Shown piece by piece: positions 18,790 through 26,951 of a DNA stretch of 64,000 nucleotides. Under the pieces are notes generated by a model that did no database searches, was not told where the DNA came from, and saw nothing but the letters and a program-made list of their open reading frames with translations. The stretch spans positions 184,253-248,252 of the forward strand of contig CAXXSL010000013.1 in NCBI GenBank assembly GCA_963675525.2, read 5' to 3'. The DNA is from Anaerohalosphaeraceae bacterium. Its GTDB lineage: Bacteria; Planctomycetota; Phycisphaerae; Sedimentisphaerales; Anaerohalosphaeraceae. Made by a program: the position numbers and the translations under genes. Within the stretch, counting starts at the first letter, position 1. Each line of letters begins with the position of its first letter.

Positions 18790-19557
18790 CTTATCCCGTA
18801 GGGATAAAATAACAATTGCCGCCGGTGTTGGGAGCAAAGCGACCGAAACCCGCGGTAACGAATACACCCACACCCCACGACCCCACTTATCCCGCAGGGA
18901 TAAAATAACAATAGCCGCGGGTGCAGGCCGCAGGCCGGAACCCGTGGTATGGATCCATTTACAAACCCATCGACCCTGTAGGGGTCGAATAATCAACACA
19001 GATATTTTTCATCAAATTCGATCCCTGCATGCTGAAGCATCTCAATATATTCCTCACGAAATGTTTTACGACGATGATGCACAAACTGATTCGCAATATA
19101 ATTGATAATCCGGTCTTTGTCCTTCCATGAGCAGGTGAAGGCTCCATATCCATCCTGCCAACACTCGAACAGTGGAAAGATTTTTTTGGTTTTGATCCAT
19201 TTGGATTGTGCCAACTTGACGTCCTTGACCAATCCGGCCAAAGCAATCGTCGGATGCAATTCGGCCAAAATGTGCAGATGGTCTGTATAGCCCCCGACCT
19301 TATAGACGAAACAGTTTTTGTTCTGTAAGACTCCGGCGGTATATCGGCATAATTCATCATGGTGTTCAAGATCAAGCGTGCCGTTGTGATTTTTTGTGCC
19401 GTAAACGATGTGATATAAAATCTGTGTGTACGTTGCCATGGATGCCTCCTTATTCGACCCCTTCGGGGTCGGCCCGGTTTTTTCCTCCTGTCCACGGGTT
19501 CCGGCCTGCGGCCTTCACCCGCGGCTATTCTTATTTAAAGCCCGATGGGCTTTAATT
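18790..19557. mobile_element. RAYT/IS200-like element: Y1 transposase gene flanked by REP-type palindromic modules arranged as imperfect inverted repeats
   Basis: Left arm: hairpin ATCCCGYAGGGAT, AATAGCCGCGGGTG...GGAACCCGTGGTAT, and CGACCCTGTAGGGGTCGAATAATC. The first two modules are duplicated at 18790 and 18885. Right arm, inverted: TTATTCGACCCCTTCGGGGTCG, CCACGGGTTCC...CACCCGCGGCTATTCTTATT, AAAGCCCGATGGGCTTT. Confidence 0.75.
18993..19439 (-). CDS. IS200/IS605-family Y1 (HUH) transposase, REP-associated (RAYT-like)
   Basis: 148 aa. N-terminus MATYTQILYHIVYGTK, HUH motif DHLHIL, catalytic-Tyr helix RIINYIANQ. Flanked by REP-like palindromes. Confidence 0.8.
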   Translation of the reverse strand: MATYTQILYHIVYGTKNHNGTLDLEHHDELCRYTAGVLQNKNCFVYKVGGYTDHLHILAELHPTIALAGLVKDVKLAQSKWIKTKKIFPLFECWQDGYGAFTCSWKDKDRIINYIANQFVHHRRKTFREEYIEMLQHAGIEFDEKYLC

Positions 19558-19584
19558 CGTACCGTAAAACATTATGTCCAATTC

Positions 19585-19857
19585 TTAAATTTCATCCTCA
19601 ATATGAATCTCGACGTTTTCGCGGTAGGCGGAGCTGTCCTTCATTTTGTACTGGAGGATGAACATGCGGACGGCGTAACCGATGGCGGAAAAACCCGCGA
19701 TGAAGAAAATGGCCGCGGCGATAAAGGCAAACAGGTCGCGCAATACGAATACCAGCATACCGAAACCGATCAAAAACAGCCCCAGCACCAGTGCCCCCTT
19801 AGCCAGCCCCTGTGTGGCCTGCCGAACGGGGTCGCCCTGAAAAAATAGTCGAAACAT
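19585..19857 (-). CDS. Small membrane protein, hypothetical
   Basis: 90 aa with two hydrophobic helices (ALVLGLFLIGFGMLVFVL, IAAAIFFIAGFSAIGYAV). Confidence 0.45.
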   Translation of the reverse strand: MFRLFFQGDPVRQATQGLAKGALVLGLFLIGFGMLVFVLRDLFAFIAAAIFFIAGFSAIGYAVRMFILQYKMKDSSAYRENVEIHIEDEI

Positions 19858-19967
19858 AAGATGCTCCTTTCAGTCGCAATATCAAATATCAAACATTAAA
19901 TATCAAAATAGCGGAGTCTGCCGTTCGGCAGACGACTTCCGTAATTTTACATTTCACCTTTTGCTTT

Positions 19968-21777
19968 TTATATTTGCCAGTAGATTTCCATGCCGCAGTC
20001 GCCGCAGTGGAAACGAAGTTCAAAAGTCCGACCATCTTCATCAACCAGCACCAGCGGTTCGGCCGGGTTATCCCGGTTATTCCCTTCGCACAACCCCAAT
20101 TGCCTTCTGATGCAGTATTTCGTCGTCATCAGCTTTTGCCCGTGTAGGTCCAGGCCGCTTTCGGCGGCCGGTTCGATGGTCTGAACGCCATGCCGCCGGT
20201 AAAATTCTTCCGCCTTTTCATTCAGCACATTGCCCGTAAAGGATAGATGCGTTTCGGGATACGGCGTTTGGTTTTTTATGACACAACCGGAAAGTTTTGG
20301 CCGGTTTTTCTCGCGAATCGACAGCATTGCTTCCACAAGCCCCCGTTTCAGTGCATTCAGCGTCGAGACGGGGAAAAAGTAAACATCCGCCGTTTCGATA
20401 TTAACCGCCTCGCACACAAACAGCGTATTGCCCAGCTTGCCCAGTTGCACAGCAGCCGTTTTCTGCGCCTGCTCTTTTTTCTGTGCGAGCGGCTTCTCGA
20501 CCGCCATCTCAAAAATCGCCTCATTGCCATCTTCATCAACGCCGCACAACGCAATACCGGTATCCGTATCCCGCAGCGTCATCGTCAAGCCGATTTTCCG
20601 CTCGGCGAGCTTTTCAAGCTGCTTTTCAAACCCATGGTCAAAGTTCCGCCGGATTTCGGTGCCAGCCCGCAGGTGTTCGATTTCTGGGGATAAATGCGCT
20701 GACCTTCGACGCGATTGACCACCGTGCCTGCCAGATTATTTGCCGCATCAAAAAAACAAATGCCGTCGCCATTGTGCAACAGCACCGTACCATCTATCTC
20801 AAACCAATCACGCTGCACGTCTTTGACTGTGCCGATAAACTCACCCATCGACTTGGGGCTGTCAATCGATCCCATTTTTTCAGACGGCCGGGCCAATCCG
20901 TACGTTGTAAATCCCCGGTTGAATGTCTTTTGCGGGTCCGGCTGGAAATTCAAAGCAACCCGGCCTGATGAATTCTTTCGCAATCCTTTTGCGGCCAGAA
21001 TCGTGTCCAGTTTTTGCCGGTAGAATCCCACCACATTGGCCGCATACGGCGCATCCTTCAGCCGGCCTTCGATCTTAAACGAGGTCACACCCGCATCAAT
21101 CAGCGATGCCAGATGCTCGGACAAATTCAAATCCTTCAGTGACAACAGATACCGGTCCTTGACAATCACATCGCCCTGCGAATCCTTCAGGCTGTATAAC
21201 CGCCGGCACGGCTGGGCACACTGTCCCCGGTTCCCGCTGCGTCCGCCCAGCGCATAACTCATGGTGCATTGCCCGCTGGCCCCCACACACAGCGCCCCGT
21301 GAACAAAACATTCCAGCTCGATCGATGTATCTTGCCGAATTCCGGCGAATCTGCTCCAGCGTCAGCTCCCGCGCAAGGATCGCCCGCGAAAAACCGACCG
21401 CTTCGAGAAACCGCACCTTCTCCACCGTCGCATTGTTCATCTGCGTACTGGCGATCAGCGGTATTGGCGGCAAATCCAGTTCCAGCAGGCCAGCGTCCTG
21501 AACGATCAGCCCGTCAACGCCGATGTCATAAAACTGGCGTATCATCGCCTCCGCAACCGCCAGTTCCTCATCGGTCAGCAGCGTATTCAGCGCAACATAC
21601 ACCCGCACATAATAAAGATGCGCCAGCTCAACCACCTGCCGAATGGTCTCCAGACTATTGCCCGCCGCCTGTCGCGCACTGAACCGCTCGGCCCCGATAT
21701 ACACCGCATCCGCCCCGCACAGAATCGCCGCCTGTGCGGTTTGGAAAATCTTTGGCCGGAGCAAGTAATTCAATCAT
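19968..21777 (-). pseudogene. Peptidase U32 family protein (collagenase-like/RlhA-like), frame broken three times
   Basis: ATG 21777 gives MIELLAPAKDF (conserved U32 N-terminus). A shift near 21744-21747 leads to QTAQAAILCGADAVYIGAERFSAR. A shift near 21341-21350 leads to IRQDTSIELECFVHGALCVGASGQCTMSYALGGRSGNRGQCAQPCR (U32 signature). A shift near 20685-20689 leads to EIEHLRAGTEIRRNFDH...LTMTLRDTD and the C-terminal domain. Confidence 0.8.
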
Positions 21778-21789
21778 CAAAAATCCTCT

Positions 21790-22047
21790 TCATCCCGTAG
21801 GGATGATAATAAGAATAGCCGCGGGTGAAGCGAAGCGGAACCCGTGGTATAGATGTTCCCCACACATCCATCGACCCCGTAGGGGTCGAATAATCACGAC
21901 AAATCTTTCTCTTCAAACGATATGTTGCCATGTTGTTTCTTTATTCGACCCCGACAGGGTCGGTCAGTTGTTGGTTGTCATCACCACGGGTTCCGTTCGT
22001 TTTACTCACTGCACCCGCGGCTATTCTTATTCCAAGCCCTAACGGCT
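21790..22047. mobile_element. Miniature, internally deleted RAYT/REP element (non-autonomous)
   Basis: Has the same module order as 18790-19557: ATCCCGTAGGGAT, AATAGCCGCGGGTG...GGAACCCGTGGTAT, CGACCCCGTAGGGGTCGAATAATC, then TTATTCGACCCCGACAGGGTCGG, CCACGGGTTCC...CACCCGCGGCTATTCTTATT. Only the first 4 codons (ATGGCAACATAT = MATY) and the last about 8 codons (FEEKDLS*, compare FDEKYLC*) of the transposase gene remain. Confidence 0.65.
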
Positions 22048-22354
22048 GTTACGTTTTCTTTTGAAGTTGGTGAGGGCAGACAGATTGTATGAAAAACCTA
22101 TGGGCAGAAAGAGCCTGACGCCACGTTCTTAAGAGCAACCACAAAAACAAATAAACATCAAATTGTAGTTGAAATCTTAAAGTAAAATCAGTCATAAATA
22201 TCACCTCCTTAATAATCAGAAATGAACAAATGAGGTTTCTAATAAAAAGAAGGCTCAATCTACCCAACTCTTGTTGCCCATAGGCTTTTATGTGGGTTTT
22301 TATGAAATTATCAAAAAAGAGAGCCCTTAATCAGGGCTCTCTTTTTAACTATTT

Positions 22355-23982
22355 TTAATACATGTCGCCGCCGGGCATCGCCGGGGCTTTCTTCTTTTCC
22401 GGTATCTCGCTGACCATCGCATCCGTCGTCAGCAGCAGCGACGCAATCGACGCCCCGTTCTGCAGCGCCGTGCGTTCGACCTTCGTCGGCACGATCACGC
22501 CGAACTTGACCATATCGCCGTATTCCTTGCGGACCGCGTCATAGCCGAAGTTCTTTTCTTTCGATTCCATGACTTTCTGAGCGACAATCGAACCGTCCAG
22601 CCCCGCATTGACCGCGATCTGCTTGATCGGCGCCACCACGGCCCGGCGGATAATATCCACACCGACTTTTTCGTCGCCGATGCATTCGACCTTATCCAGC
22701 ACGCCCAGGCACTTCAGCGTCGAAACGCCGCCGCCCGGCAGAATCCCTTCTTCAACCGCCGCACGGCACGCATGCAAGGCATCCTCGACGCGGGCTTTCT
22801 TTTCCTTCATCTCCGCCTCGGTCGCCGCACCCGACATTGATCTGTGCGACACCGCCGGCCAGCTTGGCCAGACGTTCCTGCAATTTCTCAATATCATAAT
22901 CGCTGGTCGATGCGTCGATCTCGCGTCTTGATCTGCTCGATGCGGCCTCTTGATATCGGCCGTCTTGCCGGCGCCTTCGACAATCGTCGTGTTGTCCTTG
23001 TCAATGGTGATGCGTTTGGCCTGGCCCAACTGTTTCAGCTCGACTGTTTCAAGATTGAGGCCGAGGTCTTCGAACAAGCGCCTGTCCGCCGGTCAGTACC
23101 GCGATATCGGCCAGCATGGCTTTCCGGCGGTCGCCGAAACCCGGAGCCTTGACCGCACACACCTGCAAAACACGCCGCGCAGCTTATTGACCACCAGTGT
23201 CGCCAGTGCTTCGCCTTCCACATCTTCGGCAATGATCAACAGCGGCCGACCCTGCTTGGCAACCTTCTCCAACACCGGCACCAGTGACTTGATCGCACTG
23301 ATTTTCTTTTCATGGATCAGGATATAAGGCTTGTCCAGCACAACCGTGCGGTCTTCCGGCATTATTGATGAAATGCGGGCTGAGATACCCTTTGTCAAAC
23401 TGCATCCCTTCAAGCAGCTCGACATGTCGTTTCCAGCGACTGGCCTTCTTCGACAGTAATCACGCCGTCCTTGCCGACTTTTTCCATGGCCTGGGCCAGC
23501 GTCTTGCCGATCTCGGCATCCTGGTTGGCCGAACAGGTCGCGACCTGCTCGATCTGCTTGCCGGACTCAACCGGCGTGCTCATCTTTTTCAACGCCTCGA
23601 CGATCGCCTCAACGGCCTTGTCGATGCCGCGTTTGACCTGCATGGCATTGGCTCCGGCGGTAATATTCTTTAACCCTTCCTCAAAAATGGATTCGGCCAA
23701 AATCGTCGCCGTCGTCGTCCCGTCACCGGCCACGTTCGACGTCTTGGACGCCACTTCCTTGACCATCTGGGCGCCCATGTTCTCGTAAGAATCTTCCAAC
23801 TCGATTTCCTTGGCCACCGAGACACCGTCTTTGGTCACCGTGGGGCTGCCGAACGATTTTTCCAAAATCACGTTGCGTCCGCACGGGCCGAGTGTCACCT
23901 TGACCGCCGCCGCCAGTTTTTTAACGCCCTGGCGAATCGCTTCGCGGGCCTCTGTATTAAATGCAATCTTTTTCGCTGCCAT
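22355..23982 (-). pseudogene. groL: Chaperonin GroEL, reading frame broken about seven times
   Basis: Three track ORFs (23410-23982, 23093-23425, 22355-23077) plus out-of-frame stretches reconstruct a full GroEL: [13 protein letters not shown]...[12 protein letters not shown]...[12 protein letters not shown] / [22 protein letters not shown] / [20 protein letters not shown]...KLRGV / [31 protein letters not shown] / FEDLGLNLE...ADIK / GRIEQIKT / [31 protein letters not shown] / [20 protein letters not shown]...PGGDMY. Confidence 0.9.
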
Positions 23983-24070
23983 ATTTCAACTCTCCCGTTT
24001 TGTCATTCCCGCGAAGGCGGGAATCCAGATGTTCTATTTTTGTTAATCCTGTAAATCCTGTCTAAAAGAT

Positions 24071-24358
24071 TTATTCTACGATTGCCAAAATGTCGGATTC
24101 GTCCATAATCATGTATTCCTTGCCGTCCATCTTAATTTCCGTCCCCGCATAGCTGGTAAACAGGACCTCCTGGCCCTTCTTCACTGTCATCTTCGCCCGG
24201 CTGCCGTCATCAAGCTGCTTGCCGTCACCGACAGACAGGATTTTACCGCGTTTCGGTTTTTCCTTCGCTGAATCCGGCAACACAATACCGCCCGCTGTCA
24301 TAGCTTCTGCTTCTAAACGCTGGACGATCACCTTGTCCCCTAATGGTCTGATCTTCAT
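24071..24358 (-). CDS. groS: Co-chaperonin GroES
   Basis: 95 aa. MKIRPLGDKVIVQRLEAE..TAGGIVLPDSAKEKP..G.ILSVGDG is canonical Cpn10. AGGAGAG RBS. Confidence 0.95.
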   Translation of the reverse strand: MKIRPLGDKVIVQRLEAEAMTAGGIVLPDSAKEKPKRGKILSVGDGKQLDDGSRAKMTVKKGQEVLFTSYAGTEIKMDGKEYMIMDESDILAIVE

Positions 24359-24399
24359 TCTCTACTCTCCTATTGTCTGGTTATTAATATTGCTTAATG

Positions 24400-24428
24400 T
24401 AAAAACGCCATGGCGCAAGCCATGCGAA
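24400..24428 (-). repeat. 29-nt hairpin repeat (copy 1) forming a terminator-like structure in the groES leader
   Basis: Plus strand reads TAAAAACGCCATGGCGCAAGCCATGCGAA, identical to 29813-29841. On the minus strand it reads TTCGCATGGC-TTGC-GCCATGGCG followed by TTTTTA, and lies between the putative sigma54 promoter and the groES RBS. Confidence 0.7.
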
Positions 24429-24451
24429 TCCTCAACTACGAATTATCCTAT

Positions 24452-24469
24452 TTGCAAACATTGTGCCAG
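24452..24469 (-). promoter_or_regulatory. Sigma54-type -24/-12 promoter upstream of groES
   Basis: Minus strand reads cTGGCACAatgtTTGCAa (TGGCAC = complement of 24463-24468, TTGCA = complement of 24453-24457), about 95 nt upstream of the groES ATG. Palindrome TCTGCCATgcTGGCA lies at 24591-24607 (minus-strand reading). Confidence 0.55.
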
Positions 24470-24876
24470 ATCCAATCCCGAACCCACACATATAAACGCT
24501 ATTTCCTTTATTTAAAAGGTCTTACGAAAACATAACTTGCTTTTTACACCCGCCGTCCAAACCCAATTAGACAGACCCGCCGAACCCTGACCTGCCAGCA
24601 TGGCAGACATGGGACCGTAACCGTCTCGGTCACATTTTAATAATGCGGGCGGGACGCCCGCGCTCCCATCCATCCGTAAAAACAAATTTTTTGCCATTTA
24701 ATCCTAGTTTTTATCGGAATTCAACTTGACATCAGATGTTCTCTGTCTGATAATTACCTACAATTGGAGAGAGGGACATTTCTGGAAATTAAGGAGTTCC
24801 CGCACGAAAAATCTTAAGCCTCAGAACCCAAGGCTCAAGGCTGATTTTAAGACTAATTCAATTGGAGAACGGAAAG

Positions 24877-26750
24877 ATGAAAAGAATAATCCTCACAATG
24901 TTAATCATTGCGGCAACAGGAAATGTTTTAGCAAACACATCCGTCTGGCCACTGGATGTTGGACAAACATGGCTCTATGAAAGAACCGATGCAGTCAGCG
25001 GGCCGTGGCAGGTTAATCTTGACGTATTATCAAAACAAACATTGGGTGCCTATGAGTATTACCAGGCCCGAATAAGCAACTACGACAATCAGGGTGAGTC
25101 GGAAGACTGGTACATACGCTCGACTGACACCGGCGTATATACATGGGATGGCTCTGCTGACCAGCTTACATTCCAGATCGCCCCAATCGGAACTGTTATC
25201 ATCAATGGGGATACCCAGCGTGAACTGGTAGCCATTGAGTCCGTAACCGTTCCTTACGGAGGCCCTTATCAGGCTTATAAATATGAAAATCAGGATACGG
25301 TTGAAATGTCCCCATACTGGTATGAATACATTGTGCCGGGAATCGGAATAGTCCAGCAAATAGATTACTGGGCGGATACGGGTTTGGGACAGGTCGCACC
25401 TCTGGAACAAAAGCTTGTCAATATCGAAGGTTTTATTTCGGGTTCAGGAACAGAAGCCGACCCCTATCTAATAGAAGACGTGAATGATCTGGGTGTTTTT
25501 GCCAATCCCGCCAATGCCGGTAAGTACTGGGCCAACGGCGTACATACAATGCTGACCCGCGACCTCGATCTTTTCGGAAGGATTTATTCGAGTGCGGTTA
25601 TCGCACCGGATACAGACGGAACAAACAATACATACCAGGGAACAGCATTTAGAGGTGTTTTTGACGGCAATGATTTTACGATCAGCAATCTGACCATTGA
25701 CGCCTCGACATCCGGCAACGATTATCTGGGATTGTTCGGATACATCAATGGAGGAAGCGTTACCAATCTGAGCTTCGTCGATGTTCACATTACCGGCAGT
25801 AACAGTTCATTAGAAGTTGGCGCATTAGCCGGTCACGTTCAAGGATACACCTTCAGAGTGAACCCGTTGAAATATCGAATTGCCATTCAACCGGCACGAT
25901 AGAAGGCAGGAGCCGCCTTGGGGGATTGATAGGAAACAAAAGTCTTTCTTCAAGCATCAGTGACTGTTCCTCTTCAGCCACCATTACCAGTCTTTTGAAT
26001 AGCTTAGACGGCAGTAGTATCGGTGGATTAGTTGGCAGCAGCAGCGAAGGACAAATTAGCAACTGTCAGTCATCAGGAAACGTCGATGGTTATGCGAATG
26101 TCGGCGGTCTGATTGGACATGCGGGTTATACTCAGATTATTGACTGTCATGCAAGTGGGAGTGTGACAGGCAACAGAGATTCCGGAGGATTGGTAGGGTC
26201 CTGTTCTGCCGGTGCTATTAGAAATTCGTTTGCACTCGGTGACGTAACCTGCGTTAATTTTTATATTGGCGGACTGGTGGGATTTACGTGGTATAACACC
26301 AGTATCACAAACTCTTACGCAATGGGTGATGTCAGCGCTACCAATGAAGTGGGGGGGCTTGTTGGTCATTATGAAGGGGGTTCTATACGCGATTGCTATG
26401 CTGCCGGCGAAGTGGATGGATCTTTTGATGTTGGTGGCTTGATCGGAGTTAATAACGGAGGCGTCCAGACAGGATGTTTCTGGGATGTTGATACGTCCGG
26501 CATGACCGATGGTGTCGGGGACGAAGATCCCGATCCGGCTGGGGTCACTGGCAAAACAACGGGAGAAATGAAAACAGCGGGCACATTTTTGGATGCGGGC
26601 TGGGATATGGTGACGGTCTGGAATATCGAGGAGGTGCAGACATATCCGCTCTTAAGAAAATATTCTGCGGTTGATACGAATTATGACAATCGGATTGATC
26701 TTGTTGACTTTATGGAATTTGCAGGCCACTGGCTTGACGGCGTTGAATAA
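24877..26750 (+). pseudogene. Secreted GLUG-repeat protein with dockerin-like segment; one frameshift and a premature in-frame stop before a PEP-CTERM-like tail
   Basis: Start placed at ATG 24877 (MKRIILTMLIIAATGNVLA signal peptide, GGAGAA RBS). ORF 24862-25902 and ORF 25926-26750 are one gene split near 25845-25860. Frame 0 is open from 25803 and reads ...EPVEISNCHSTGTIEGRSRLGGLIGN. Repeated GGLVG/GGLIG...I.NC/DC...G.V.G (GLUG-type) units. DTNYDNRIDLVDFMEFAGHW is dockerin/EF-hand-like. Confidence 0.6.
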
Positions 26751-26851
26751 CTACTCGCCCTCGGCGGCTTGGCCCTGATGCGAAAAAGAAAACTTTTCAG
26801 AAGAAAGTAAACTTCTACGGATTAACAGCAGCAGGTATTATGTAGACAGAA

Positions 26852-26882
26852 TAAAAAAAGGGCCTGCTGTTGCAGGCCCTTT
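26852..26882 (-). terminator. Rho-independent terminator of the PEP-CTERM gene (hairpin shared by the convergent gene)
   Basis: Minus strand reads AAGGGCCTGCAACAGCAGGCCCTT followed by TTTTTTT (the A-run 26853-26859 on the plus strand). Confidence 0.65.
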
Positions 26883-26951
26883 CCTCGAAACAGCTTTTTA
26901 TTTTGGGTGATGATCTTTGGTAAAACTCACCCTGCTCCCATATAGGGAATC

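Noticed and set aside
18790-18955. Possible CRISPR array. Candidates were the direct repeats with about 95-nt period at 18790 and 18885, and the 19-bp tandem repeat at 42498-42535.
   Set aside because: Only two copies each. The 18.8-kb units are long, imperfect and mirrored on the other side of a transposase gene (REP modules). The 42.5-kb units are contiguous without spacers. No cas genes are present.
22829-23424. Programmed ribosomal frameshifting or transcriptional slippage as an explanation for the broken groEL.
   Set aside because: Seven shifts in 600 nt, mostly at non-slippery, non-homopolymer sites and in both directions, cannot plausibly be decoded. Pseudogene or sequence error is far more likely.
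24359-24520. CIRCE/HrcA operator (TTAGCACTC-N9-GAGTGCTAA) upstream of groES, and likewise upstream of dnaK (8420-8696).
   Set aside because: No sequence resembling the CIRCE inverted repeat was seen on either strand in either leader.
24512-24697. 61-aa minus-strand ORF upstream of groES.
   Set aside because: It consists largely of the palindrome and the GC-rich repeat module (24591-24669). It has no RBS and is more likely regulatory or repeat DNA.
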